Source of the DNA: Candidatus Baldrarchaeum yapensis | GTDB lineage: Archaea; Asgardarchaeota; Baldrarchaeia; Baldrarchaeales; Baldrarchaeaceae | NCBI GenBank assembly: GCA_016840465.1 | Contig: JAEOSH010000015.1 | Span: 11,803 to 43,802, forward strand | Direction: 5' to 3' | DNA length: 32,000 nt | Shown here: positions 18,451-28,261 of the stretch, piece by piece | Numbering within the stretch: position 1 is the stretch's first letter | Layout: each line of letters begins with the position of its first letter | Notes under the pieces: model-generated | What the model saw: the letters and a program-made list of their open reading frames with translations, nothing else | Database searches by the model: none | What the model was told of the DNA's origin: nothing | Program-made: the position numbers and the translations under genes

Positions 18451-19648
18451 TGGCCAGCCCCTCTAAAAACTCCTTTGAGAAGATCTTCTCCAACTCGGCG
18501 AGGATGTCATTATATATGTGTCTCACACTTAAATCTCTGTCTGCAATTTCGGCGAGTGCCTCTACGAGGGGTACGACCTCGGCTCCCTCGACGCCCTCCT
18601 CTATTTTCGCCATTATCTTCTCGACTATCGCAATGGCCTCGCGCCAGTCGTCCATGTGCTTCACAATATAGTCCCTGACGAGTTTGTAGTCCCTGACGTG
18701 CTGAGTCAGCAGAACCTCCGCCGCCTTTCTTACATCCTCCTCGGAAACCTCCTTGCGCGAATACATCCAAGCCAACGCCTTTGAGAGTCTGGCTATGTTT
18801 ATCGCGAGCCTTAGGCCGACAGGCTCATCAACACGGGAACATAGACCCTCCTCATATTTACAGACCTTTCTGCGCCCGCCGTAGAAGTCGCTAGATATGG
18901 TGCTACATATTCTCTCGTCATAGCAACATTGTAATGAGCGGCTCACGAGCGTGATGAGCAACTTGCAATGTTCGGGGATTGTGACCTTTGTTACGTCCTC
19001 CTGTGCCTCTTTTAATTCCTCATAACTTATGATTTCCTCCGTTATGAGTTCGGACACATCCACTATGTCCTTACCATCAAATCTCTCCTTTAAAACTTCG
19101 AGTTCATCAAATGCCCGTGGAACATCGAGAGTGAGTTTAATAAACCTATCAGCGAGGGCCTTATCGAGAGGGCCGCGATAGGGGTTGCCATCCGCTATCA
19201 CTATTATATCCTTACAGACTTTCTTCTCGCCGTACGCTATTATTTCCCTCTCCTGGAGCAACCTGAGAAGTTCGTCCTGTACCGCTTGGCTTGCTCGGTT
19301 CAATTCGTTAAAGAATATGAGTTCGTTTCCCTTTATTTCCCAAATTACCTCTTTACGCCCCTGCTTTATCAATTCGGGTATGTTGAGGCGGTACAGGTGG
19401 TTTTCTAGGCTGACCATCGAGGGATTGCAGAATATTATCTTCTTCTCGACACCAAGCGCCTTTTCGAGACACCTGACGATCTGGGTTTTTCCTATTCCCG
19501 GAATCCCCTCTAGGTATATGTTTGCCTTTATCAGGAGGCAGGCGACAAAAGCGTCCTCTATGTGGTATTGTCCCTTCACCATGTTGAAGAGAATGTCCCG
19601 AAGCTTCAGGATTTTGTCCTGATGTACGAATTTTGGACCGTCATACAT
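18437..19648 (-). CDS. MoxR-like AAA+ ATPase
   Basis: Walker A EGIPGIGKT, Walker B region IFFNELNRA, ADGNP, LDKALADRF. ATG 19648 is preferred because TTTTATATA lies about 45 nt upstream. Confidence 0.88.
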   Translation of the reverse strand: MYDGPKFVHQDKILKLRDILFNMVKGQYHIEDAFVACLLIKANIYLEGIPGIGKTQIVRCLEKALGVEKKIIFCNPSMVSLENHLYRLNIPELIKQGRKEVIWEIKGNELIFFNELNRASQAVQDELLRLLQEREIIAYGEKKVCKDIIVIADGNPYRGPLDKALADRFIKLTLDVPRAFDELEVLKERFDGKDIVDVSELITEEIISYEELKEAQEDVTKVTIPEHCKLLITLVSRSLQCCYDERICSTISSDFYGGRRKVCKYEEGLCSRVDEPVGLRLAINIARLSKALAWMYSRKEVSEEDVRKAAEVLLTQHVRDYKLVRDYIVKHMDDWREAIAIVEKIMAKIEEGVEGAEVVPLVEALAEIADRDLSVRHIYNDILAELEKIFSKEFLEGLAIGTK

Positions 19649-20080
19649 GAGATGAAACCCCACCTGATCGTAAAAATTAGGTGATATTGTAGTATATAAA
19701 AATAAGCATCGCACCAATTACTGCTCACGGAAAATTCTGGGATGAGCAGTGTATACACGTATTGGCGAATTTGCATTTTAGGAGATGTCTTCCTTCATTT
19801 TCCAGCGGTGGTAGAATGTCCGTATTTGTATGTTGTGCTCGGAAGTACCAATAACAGCCTCATCTGAGGAAATGAAAACCTTTTACTCCGACATGCGAGT
19901 TTTACATTCTTTTGTTCCGTAAAATGCGATGATAGATTTTCTAGTGGTTTCTTTGTATTAGTGCGTTCCCGGTGAGTTTATCCGGCGCATTTTGCAGGTT
20001 TATCAATACTTTGTAAGAGGTGGAGATTACTTTCTCTGAGGAGGCCTTGTTGAGAAATATGCTCGTTTCCCCTTTTGGAC

Positions 20081-20357
20081 CGTTCTGACTCTCCGCCACT
20101 TTCATAACTTTTGATACACGCGTGGCGGGGAGCCTTCCCGCCTCGGGCCTCATCGATGAGCCTTCGCGGGGAACGGTGACCCCGCACATCCATCTGACCC
20201 CTTCGCTCCGCTCTTTCGGGCTTTCCCTCCCTCCTACCGCCCTTTCCACAATTCCGGGCGGAGATCACTCGGCGTAACGGGGCCTTCCTTTATAAAGGTT
20301 CTAGGCCACAAAGGTTGTCGTATGTTACAAATGCAACACCATATGGACAGGTTTCTG
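20081..20357 (-). mobile_element. Non-autonomous structured element, copy 2 (longer)
   Basis: Reverse-strand homolog of 12391-12610 with the same CAGAAAC start and GAGAGTCAGAACG end; carries about 57 extra nt relative to copy 1. Confidence 0.75.
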
Positions 20358-20731
20358 AACATTCGCCTCGTGCCGAAGTAACAGGAGGTTGCGAATACGT
20401 CATTCACCAAGATTTTGGCATTTGGGTTCTTGAGAAAACGCTGATTCCGGTCACTTTAATTCTCGAGTTGTGGGTACGATCTTCGGATTGCATATGTAGG
20501 AATCGCTCGAATAATTCCGTATATGGGCTCTATAATGCCATAAAATCCCACAACTACGTCGCATAACTAATGGGTTTCGTATTATCATATTGAAATCGTG
20601 GTCGAGCAGGAATAATACCTAGCATTTGGTTCCATGCATACTCTCTCAAAGTTCGGGGCATGTGGTGACTGCGGAAGAAGTTTCGAGAAGTTTGACGTCT
20701 ATGTTAATGGAACGAAAGAGGTGCTAGACTG

Positions 20732-21868
20732 GTGAAAAAGGGAAGAGTGGAGTTTTGGAACGGCAACATTGCATGTGCCGAGGGGGCAATTGCCGCCGGG
20801 TGCAGGTTCTTTGCCGGGTATCCCATAACACCGTCATCTGAAATTTTGGAACACATGGCGAAAAGGATGCCCGAGGTTGGAGGAGTGTTTATACAGATGG
20901 AAGACGAACTTGCAGCCATAGCTGCGGTGATAGGGGCGTCCTGGGGTGGAGTGAAGGCGATGACGGCGACTTCAGGTCCGGGGTTTAGTCTCATGCAGGA
21001 GGGAATAGGGTATGCCTGCATGACCGAAACTCCATGTGTGATAGTAGATGTTCAGAGGGCTGGGCCGAGCACCGGGCAGGCGACAAAGGCGGCTCAGGGG
21101 GATGTGATGCAGGCAAGGTGGGGGACCCACGGGGATCATGAAATAATAGCGCTTGCGCCGAATTCCCCGCAGGAAATGTTCGACCTTACGGTGAGGGCCT
21201 TTAATCTGTCTGAGATGTACAGGGTTCCAGTGATAGTGCTCGCTGACGAGATAGTTGCGCACATGTGGGAGAAGGTGCGCATACCCGATGATATAGAAAT
21301 AGTCAATAGGAGAAAACCCTCCAGACCGGACGAGCAGATATTCGGCCACGAACTTGATACCGGAGTTCCGCCAATGCCAGCCTTCGGTGAGGGGTATAAC
21401 CTCCTCGTCACCGGATCGACTCACGATGGGTACGGGTTTAGAAAAACGGCAGATCCCCTGGTTCACCGCAAGCTTGTCACCCGCTTAGTAAATAAAATAA
21501 GGAAGAACGCGGAGAAAATCGTTGATTTCGAAATTTATGGTTGTGATCCCGAGGATGCCGAGGTGATGGTCGTATCTTACGGTTGCACTTCCAGATCTGC
21601 AGATGAGGCGGTCAGGCAGGCATTGGAGGAGGGGATTAAAGCGATAAATTTCAGGCTAAGAACAATATGGCCATTCCCGGAAAAAGCGCTGAGGGAGTTG
21701 GCGGAAAGAGTGAAGCTGATAGTCGTACCGGAGATGAACCTCGGGCAACTGTACTTTGAGGTGGAGAGAGTGGCGTGTGGAAGATGTCCCGTCATCCTTG
21801 TTTCTAGAATAGGCGGCGGGGAGATGGTGAGGCCGCAGGATATACTTCGTGAACTGAGGAGGGCTTAA
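20732..21868 (+). CDS. korA: 2-oxoacid:ferredoxin oxidoreductase alpha subunit
   Basis: GCRFFAGYPITPSSEI, QMEDELAA, TATSGPGFSLMQEG, QRAGPSTG. Substrate not determinable. Confidence 0.92.
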   Translation: MKKGRVEFWNGNIACAEGAIAAGCRFFAGYPITPSSEILEHMAKRMPEVGGVFIQMEDELAAIAAVIGASWGGVKAMTATSGPGFSLMQEGIGYACMTETPCVIVDVQRAGPSTGQATKAAQGDVMQARWGTHGDHEIIALAPNSPQEMFDLTVRAFNLSEMYRVPVIVLADEIVAHMWEKVRIPDDIEIVNRRKPSRPDEQIFGHELDTGVPPMPAFGEGYNLLVTGSTHDGYGFRKTADPLVHRKLVTRLVNKIRKNAEKIVDFEIYGCDPEDAEVMVVSYGCTSRSADEAVRQALEEGIKAINFRLRTIWPFPEKALRELAERVKLIVVPEMNLGQLYFEVERVACGRCPVILVSRIGGGEMVRPQDILRELRRA

Positions 21869-21869
21869 G

Positions 21870-22676
21870 ATGAAAGAGCACTTTGCTATCAAGTATTTGA
21901 GGAGAGAAATTCTCCCGACAGTCTTCTGTCCGGGATGTGGGAACGGCATAGTGATTAACTGCTTCCTCAAAGCGGTGAGCGACCTTGGCTATGAAGACCT
22001 CTCCGGGTTTGCGTTCGTTTCAGGCATAGGATGTGCCTCTTGGTGCATTTCGCCGTACTTTAAGGCGGATACTCTACATACCCTTCACGGAAGACCAATA
22101 GCATTTGCAACCGGACTTAAGTTGGCAAGACCAGATCTTCAGGTAGTTGTGATCAGTGGAGATGGTGACCTAGCAGGAATCGGGGGGAACCACCTCATAC
22201 ACGCGGCGCGGAGGAATATGGATCTCCTCGTGATATGTATTAATAACTTAAACTACGGGATGACGGGAGGGCAGGTTTCCCCTACAACCCCCGAAAATGT
22301 CACTACCACGACGAGCCCCTATGGAAATATAGAGCCGCCCTTCAGACTAGCTGAGTTGGTTGCGGCGGCAGGTGCGAATCTATCAGCCAGATGGACGACA
22401 TACCACGTGGGGCAGATTATATCCACTATAAAGAAGGGGCTTAAGAAGGAGGGCTTCCGCTTTATTGAGGTGATATCCCAATGTCCGACAAACTTCGGTA
22501 GAAGGATAGGGATTGACAAGCCGCCGGATCTCGTCAAGTGGATCAGGAGTATTTGCACCGTTAAGAAAGAGAATTCGAACGAAAAACTTAGGTTGGGAAT
22601 AATATGTGAACGCTATCGCCCGGGCTACGTTTCTGTCCTCAAAAGTTTGATGGAGAGGGTGAGAGGTGAGGGTTGA
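21870..22676 (+). CDS. korB: 2-oxoacid:ferredoxin oxidoreductase beta subunit (TPP-binding)
   Basis: FCPGCGNG, SGIGC, HTLHGRP, SGDGD...NN, YGMTGGQVSPTT, SQCPT. Confidence 0.92.
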   Translation: MKEHFAIKYLRREILPTVFCPGCGNGIVINCFLKAVSDLGYEDLSGFAFVSGIGCASWCISPYFKADTLHTLHGRPIAFATGLKLARPDLQVVVISGDGDLAGIGGNHLIHAARRNMDLLVICINNLNYGMTGGQVSPTTPENVTTTTSPYGNIEPPFRLAELVAAAGANLSARWTTYHVGQIISTIKKGLKKEGFRFIEVISQCPTNFGRRIGIDKPPDLVKWIRSICTVKKENSNEKLRLGIICERYRPGYVSVLKSLMERVRGEG

Positions 22677-23205
22677 GATTCTGATAGCCGGGGTTGGGGG
22701 ACTCGGAATAGTATTCGCGGGTTCGGTTTTAGCGAGAGCCGCCGCGATATATGAGGGTTTTGAGGTGACGTTTTCGCCATCATACGGGGCCGAAGCTAGA
22801 GGGACTGCATGCAAGAGCGAAGTTATAATTAGCGATGAGAGGATACTTTATCCTCGTGTGAGGAACTGCGATTTCATGATCTCTATGAGCGATGATGCAG
22901 TTTTGAGGTACATAAGATTTCTGAAGAAAGATGGATATCTAGTCTTAGATGAGGATTTGGTGAAACTTGATGTTAAGAGGAAGGGGATCAAGGTGGTGAG
23001 AGTACCCGCTCACAGGAAGGCTCAGGAGGTGTTAGGAACCCCGCAGGTTACAAACATGGTAATGCTCGGGGTTCTTGCAAAGTTGCTTCCCTTGGTGTCG
23101 TTCGAGTCCATCAAGCGGTCGATTAAGGATCTTTCTCCGAAGAGGCTCGTGGATTTAAATGTAAAGGCACTTGAACTCGGCAACCGGATACCATTGGGTG
23201 ACTGA
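22666..23205 (+). CDS. korC: 2-oxoacid:ferredoxin oxidoreductase gamma subunit
   Basis: AGVGGLGIV, SYGAEARGTACKSEV, NMVMLG. Confidence 0.9.
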   Translation: MRVEILIAGVGGLGIVFAGSVLARAAAIYEGFEVTFSPSYGAEARGTACKSEVIISDERILYPRVRNCDFMISMSDDAVLRYIRFLKKDGYLVLDEDLVKLDVKRKGIKVVRVPAHRKAQEVLGTPQVTNMVMLGVLAKLLPLVSFESIKRSIKDLSPKRLVDLNVKALELGNRIPLGD

Positions 23206-23206
23206 G

Positions 23207-23644
23207 GTGCTACCAGATATTGAAGACATCGTGAATTTCATATTAAGCATCTGTCCGAGTCCTAAGAAGATTGTAGAGGTGGGAGTGGGAAGACTGCCCG
23301 ACGTGGCACTCAAAATACGTGAAAGGGTACCGGATGTGGAAATCGTAGTTGTGGATGCAGATGCCTCGGTGATTGATGAATTAAAGAGGAGAACCACGGG
23401 AATTAAGGTCCTACGGGACGATATTTTGCGTCCAAAAATGGAAATATATCGTGATGCTAGTCTTATATATTCGATACGCCCGCCACCCGATATGCTACCA
23501 CACCTCAAGCGGGTCTCATTAGAGGTCCATGCACCTCTCGTAATTCGGCCGCTGTCGTCCGATATCAGCGAATTTGTTGTCGATAAGGAGTTAAAAGTTG
23601 TAAGACATGGAAAGGCAATTCTCCTCCTTTATATTCCGAAGTGA
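23207..23644 (+). CDS. UPF0146 family protein
   Basis: KIVEVGVG, DDILRPKMEIYRDASLIYSIRPP; GTG start just after korC stop. Confidence 0.75.
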   Translation: MLPDIEDIVNFILSICPSPKKIVEVGVGRLPDVALKIRERVPDVEIVVVDADASVIDELKRRTTGIKVLRDDILRPKMEIYRDASLIYSIRPPPDMLPHLKRVSLEVHAPLVIRPLSSDISEFVVDKELKVVRHGKAILLLYIPK

Positions 23645-23647
23645 GGG

Positions 23648-24382
23648 ATGAGTATGGAGGTCATTAAAGAGGCGGCGGATCTGATAGGGTCTTCGAACTT
23701 TGTGGTTGCGCTCACGGGTGCCGGAATATCTGCGGAGAGCGGTATTCCCACCTTTAGAGGCAAGAATGGTCTCTGGAGAAAGTATAGGGCTGAGGATCTC
23801 GCAACACCTGAGGCTTTCGCTAGGAATCCCAGACTCGTGTGGGAGTGGTATGTTTGGAGGATGAAGATAATAGGGTCCGCGGAGCCTAATCCCGGGCATA
23901 TTGCCCTCGCAAAGATGGAGGAAATGGGTATATTGAAGGCGTTGATAACGCAGAACGTCGACGGGCTCCACAGGAGGGCAGGATCAAGGAATGTACTGGA
24001 ATTGCACGGAAACATCTGGAGAGTCAGATGTGTGGATTGCGGATTTTCGAAGATGATAAGCAAACCGCCCGAGCAAATTCCCCCGAAATGTGAGGAATGT
24101 GGCGGGCTCTTAAGACCCGACGTTGTGTGGTTCGGTGAACCTCTTCCCAAGGACGTTTTGAATCGCGCAATTTACTATGCATCTAGGGCGGATCTCATGT
24201 TGGTGATAGGCACAAGTGCGGTGGTTCAGCCTGCGGCATCTCTCCCCTTACTGACGAAGAGAAATGGTGGGATACTCATCGAAATAAACATTTCCGATAC
24301 TCCTTTGACACCGATCTGTGATTTGACCATACGTGAAAAAGCGGGGGTTATATTACCAAAGATTCTGGAGGAAATTGGATGA
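23648..24382 (+). CDS. cobB: NAD-dependent protein deacylase (sirtuin)
   Basis: LTGAGISAESGIPTFRG, TQNVDGLH, LHG, two CxxC, RPDVVWFGE, GTSAVVQPAA. Confidence 0.95.
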   Translation: MSMEVIKEAADLIGSSNFVVALTGAGISAESGIPTFRGKNGLWRKYRAEDLATPEAFARNPRLVWEWYVWRMKIIGSAEPNPGHIALAKMEEMGILKALITQNVDGLHRRAGSRNVLELHGNIWRVRCVDCGFSKMISKPPEQIPPKCEECGGLLRPDVVWFGEPLPKDVLNRAIYYASRADLMLVIGTSAVVQPAASLPLLTKRNGGILIEINISDTPLTPICDLTIREKAGVILPKILEEIG

Positions 24383-24508
24383 AATACTATAACAAAAACT
24401 CTAACTCTTTGAAGGAGAGGAAATTCCGCAGACATATTATTTCTTACTCATGGGGCATGTGCGTTATGATTTTCTCCCGAGATTAGATGGAGGTTCTTCC
24501 TACACTTC

Positions 24509-25054
24509 TCAAAAACATCCTTCAATCTTCTTCGTATTCCATTTTTCCGCTATTCTCCTGAGAAGACCAAAGTCTATTTCGTCCACACTAACCTCTAATA
24601 TCGAAATCATATCTCGTAAACTCTGGTCTGAGTAATATGCCGAGAGTTTCGCAATTATAAGCACCTCTGGTGCCTCTACCCACGTGTTTTCCCCGAAAAC
24701 TCTCATTTGCCTCCTATGTTTCATCGCAAACTCATCAAGAGGTCCGTAGACACCTTGGGCATCTATCCAGTAAGCATAAGACTTGTAAAAAAATTGTAAA
24801 ATGAGACTTCTCTTGGAGAGATGTTATCACATGTTCCGCGCCTCCCGTTGTCTCCAAGTCATACTTTTTCATTACCTCCAGAAAACGCTCCATCTCCTCT
24901 TTATTTGCCTTAATATCCAAAATGACATCCAAATCGTGTATTGTTCTAGGAGCCCCGTATACTGACATGAGAAACCGCCAACAATCACATAATCAATGCC
25001 TGATTCGTTCAACGCCCTTATACTTCGGTGATCAAAGTCCTCAAACGTCAGCAT
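24509..25054 (-). pseudogene. Nucleotidyltransferase toxin-like gene with -1 and +1 frameshifts
   Basis: YVIVGGF / SVYGAPRTIHDLD / YWIDAQ...APEVLIIAKL...SLRD in three segments; breaks near 24970 and at the A7 run 24787-24793. Confidence 0.8.
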
Positions 25055-25258
25055 CTACCTCCTCACCTTTCTTTCCCACTCCATAAGCCTTTCCCTGAGG
25101 TAAGTAATCGCTTCCTCTTTGCTCATGCCTTTCTTCTCCATGATTCGCCGCACCTTCTCGCGTAGTATTGCATCCATCATATCCGCTAAGATTCTCAGCC
25201 TGCCCTCGGGATTAAGCCTTCTAAGTACCTCAATTTTCTTCTTCTCAGCAATATTCAT
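25055..25258 (-). CDS. Small antitoxin-like protein (Rv0078B/MenA1-like)
   Basis: IEVLRRLNPEGRLRI motif; stop abuts NTase ATG with AGGAGG inside its 3' end. Confidence 0.6.
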   Translation of the reverse strand: MNIAEKKKIEVLRRLNPEGRLRILADMMDAILREKVRRIMEKKGMSKEEAITYLRERLMEWERKVRR

Positions 25259-25393
25259 GTCGATCGCTCTTAAGCATCAATACGTCGTTGTGAGGTTTTG
25301 TTTATCATTGATTGCATCTTTGCATTATAAGAACGTTCCTCTCAGAGGTATTAGATTCTACCCGTAAACGTAAAAAGTTACGTAACAATTTGT

Positions 25394-25909
25394 ATGATTC
25401 CAGTGGGTGATACGGAGTTGGAGACCCTAGTTGTTCCTCATGTCATTGCTGAGCGCATTCGGCGAGAGGCCAAAAAAGCCGGCATGACCTTAGAGGAATA
25501 TCTTATTGAGTTGATTTCGCAGAATTTGGACCCTAAGGATAAAGTTCGAGAATACCTTGAGGCATCTCGAGAACTTCTTGAACAAGCAAATGAGGAATTG
25601 AAAAAGGGCGATATAAGGCAGGCCGCTGAAAAAATATGGGGCGCCACGGCTCTTGCAATTAAGGCTCATGCTTACTCAAGGGAAAGACGAAGACTCACTG
25701 ACCATAGGGAACTCTGGGAATATAAAAATAAGGTTGCCGATGAGCTTGGTGATTGGGTGAGGTCGGTATTTCGACATGCGAGCGCCCTGCATACATGTTT
25801 TTACGAGGGATGGTACACTAAAAGGGACGTTGAAGATGTTTTGACCGATGTAAGGAAACTTATTGAAGCCATATCGAGGGTTATTCTAAAGTCTAACATT
25901 ACTACTTGA
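25394..25909 (+). CDS. PaREP1 family protein with N-terminal RHH-like segment
   Basis: YLEASRELLEQANEELKKGDIRQAAEKIWGA...LHTCFYEG. Confidence 0.85.
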   Translation: MIPVGDTELETLVVPHVIAERIRREAKKAGMTLEEYLIELISQNLDPKDKVREYLEASRELLEQANEELKKGDIRQAAEKIWGATALAIKAHAYSRERRRLTDHRELWEYKNKVADELGDWVRSVFRHASALHTCFYEGWYTKRDVEDVLTDVRKLIEAISRVILKSNITT

Positions 25910-25953
25910 AGTTTTCTCATCCGCCGTCTTTAAGCAGTATTTGATGTTTTCAA

Positions 25954-27165
25954 TTAACGTCCGATCTCTTTTATTGAAAAGGAAAGATTACTATCCTTTT
26001 CCAGTTCTATTAAGAATTCCGGTAGATCTTCTTCTGACAGAATTACTACGTTACGTGGATACTTCCTGTGAGGCTTTCTTGCCTTCACTTCGACTTTTAG
26101 GTCTCCTGCTATGCAATCTATCTCGTAGTTATTTTTAAAGTAGTAGATTTCCCCGAACCTTCTATAGAGATGCTCTTGTACGACGCTTTCGTAAATTGCC
26201 GATTCCACAAACTTTGCGCCAGACCAGAATGCGAATAGTCTTAAAAGGAGGGGATCTCTGAAGAAGAACTTCTTCTCCTTCCTGTAATAAACCTTATTCG
26301 ACTTGAGGTACGCTATACCTATCATGTACAGGTCTCTGAAGAACTCTAAGTACTCCTGGACTATCTTATACGAATATCCGGAGGTTTCGGAGGCTATTGC
26401 CCTATAACTCATGGCGGAGGGGATTTTGCTTATCAGGGATGCAAGCACCTCCTTTGATATCTCAAGGCTCTTCCTGAACCTGATGAATTCGCCGACAAAT
26501 GCGTTTAAAATGCTATCCAGCGGCAACTCATTTATACTTGACGGGAAGCCGCCAGTTTCGAGGTATTTTTCGAATAATCTCAGCACCTCATCATACTGCA
26601 GTTTGTATCTTCTTATGCCGTGCACCCTGACGTACTGCTTGAAGCTTAATGGTAGTACTTCAATTGTCTTTCCCTTTCCGGTTCTACTTGGGAATAACTC
26701 GATATCTCCTCTTATTTTTAGGCTACTTGAGCCTGTAGCGGTCACAACATCATTTAACAGTTCGCCCGAGTCTATTAACACCTTGACGGCCTTCCACCAT
26801 TCCTTAAGGGATGTAACTTCGTCTAAGAAGATGTATGAGGTGTCTATTCCCTCATTTTTCTTAAATTCCAAATATTCCTCCAGTAATTTCCTAAGCGACA
26901 CAAAATCAGGGAAGATTTCACAGTTGATGTACACAATACTCTCTGGAGGCGTCTTTCTCAACAATTCTGCTATTAACAGTTTTATACCTGTAGTCTTTCC
27001 AACCTGTCTCGGTCCTACGATGAAATTTAGGGAAAAAGGTTCAAGAGATATCTCCTTTGTCCACTCCGGAATCCATTTGTACTTTTGCCGTTCCCATAAT
27101 TGCACATGAATATCGGGACTATCACTCCACCAAGGATTTATTCTTCTCAGGGTTTTTATACCCAT
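25954..27165 (-). CDS. COG1373-type ATPase (AAA_14 + DUF4143)
   Basis: GPRQVGKTT, YIFLDEV, TGSSS, YLETGGFP, FFRDP, YEID...EVK. Confidence 0.88.
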   Translation of the reverse strand: MGIKTLRRINPWWSDSPDIHVQLWERQKYKWIPEWTKEISLEPFSLNFIVGPRQVGKTTGIKLLIAELLRKTPPESIVYINCEIFPDFVSLRKLLEEYLEFKKNEGIDTSYIFLDEVTSLKEWWKAVKVLIDSGELLNDVVTATGSSSLKIRGDIELFPSRTGKGKTIEVLPLSFKQYVRVHGIRRYKLQYDEVLRLFEKYLETGGFPSSINELPLDSILNAFVGEFIRFRKSLEISKEVLASLISKIPSAMSYRAIASETSGYSYKIVQEYLEFFRDLYMIGIAYLKSNKVYYRKEKKFFFRDPLLLRLFAFWSGAKFVESAIYESVVQEHLYRRFGEIYYFKNNYEIDCIAGDLKVEVKARKPHRKYPRNVVILSEEDLPEFLIELEKDSNLSFSIKEIGR

Positions 27166-27196
27166 GAGAATTATTACTTCTCATTAATATATAAAT
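27164..27196 (-). promoter_or_regulatory. Inverted repeat over start codon plus TATA box (leaderless promoter)
   Basis: ATGAGAA-N7-TTCTCAT (27164-27184). ATTTATATATTA on the minus strand at 27185-27196, about 25 nt upstream of the ATG. Confidence 0.5.
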
Positions 27197-27339
27197 CATT
27201 ATCTTGCTTGTGTCGCTGGGATCCTGTAAGTTTCCATGAAACCTCGTTATGATCTTGCAGTTTGAATTTCCAAAACACCTCTACGGTCTTACTACTGAAC
27301 GTAATGATATATAGTCTCCACGGATACTCTCCGGGGCCA

Positions 27340-27615
27340 TCAGACATATTTATGACAATTTTTACTATTTTTGCCCCATTTTTTTAATAGCAATTCCACG
27401 ATATGCTTGTAATTGGCGAACTCCAAGACGTAATATCCGAGTTCCTCACGTGATATCTTCTCTAGGACGTATCTGGCTTCTAATATTGCCGCTAGGCCGC
27501 GTAATAAGTTTAAAAGCCGATGGAATATCGCCTCTGTCGTTTCAACTATGACATTTTTTAACAATCCACAATATCTTAATATTAGCGTCAGGATTCGGAG
27601 CAATTGTCTCCACAT
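27340..27615 (-). CDS. Hypothetical protein
   Basis: Fills a gap between genes with amphipathic helical composition; no recognised motif; start uncertain (27615 or 27654). Confidence 0.3.
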   Translation of the reverse strand: MWRQLLRILTLILRYCGLLKNVIVETTEAIFHRLLNLLRGLAAILEARYVLEKISREELGYYVLEFANYKHIVELLLKKWGKNSKNCHKYV

Positions 27616-27787
27616 AGTAACCGAGGGACAGCCGAACGAAGAAGATGAGATCAAACATTGTATCGCGTGGATCCCTTTACCGTTTATTTTATAAAAACCT
27701 ACCTACGGCGGCAATAATTAGTTAACGAAAAATGAGTTGGAGGGTACGAGGAATAACCCGAGTTACAACGTAGATGCAACGGGTATC

Positions 27788-28261
27788 CTAACCGGGTATT
27801 CGAGCCTCGTTTCCTCTTACTTCGACAAGCCCCTTTCTCGCGAAAATCAGGAGGTACGAGCGGACGGCATCTAATGGTATGCCTAAAGTTTTCGATATGT
27901 ACTCAACGCGGACCCACGAGGGGCGGAAGTCTCTCAGCATCCAGTACACCTGATACTTGGGGTCCTCCTCGGTAAGATTGTAGAGTTTATTCAACTCCGT
28001 CTGAAGTTTTAGCACATCCTCGGCGTACGCTGCCGAAAACACCGATTGTTGGAGATTTACCTCCTTGGTGGCCTCTTTTGCCGCCGATGTGATGGCGTTT
28101 ATTAGAGTTTTCACAATTATGTCTATTATGCCGCTTATGAAGGTATCCAACTCTTCCATTATTGCGTCTAGGACCCTCTTTCTCAGCGCTCCCTTTCTTA
28201 GCGACATTCGTCTTAGGATCTCTCTTTCGACCGCGCTTCTAATGGCGTTTGCATTGCTCAT
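27788..28261 (-). CDS. Helical protein with C-terminal winged helix; last gene of the longin/GTPase operon
   Basis: VRVEYISKTLGIPLDAVRSYLLIFARKGLVEV; start overlaps upstream gene by 23 nt. Confidence 0.75.
   Translation of the reverse strand: MSNANAIRSAVEREILRRMSLRKGALRKRVLDAIMEELDTFISGIIDIIVKTLINAITSAAKEATKEVNLQQSVFSAAYAEDVLKLQTELNKLYNLTEEDPKYQVYWMLRDFRPSWVRVEYISKTLGIPLDAVRSYLLIFARKGLVEVRGNEARIPG

Noticed and set aside
19720-19750. Inverted repeat ACTGCTCA-N15-TGAGCAGT upstream of the MoxR promoter
   Set aside because: A single 8-bp stem with no second copy or assignable function.
19941-20268. Two minus-strand ORFs (102 aa and 96 aa)
   Set aside because: They are read-throughs of element copy 2 into its flank.
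20020-20566. Removing element copy 2 gives an 89-aa open frame from GTG 20020
   Set aside because: It fits the proposed boundaries, but the product has no recognisable motif and could be chance.
25377-25386. Palindrome GTTACGTAAC before PaREP1
   Set aside because: A 10-bp palindrome could be an RHH operator, but it is expected by chance in 32 kb.
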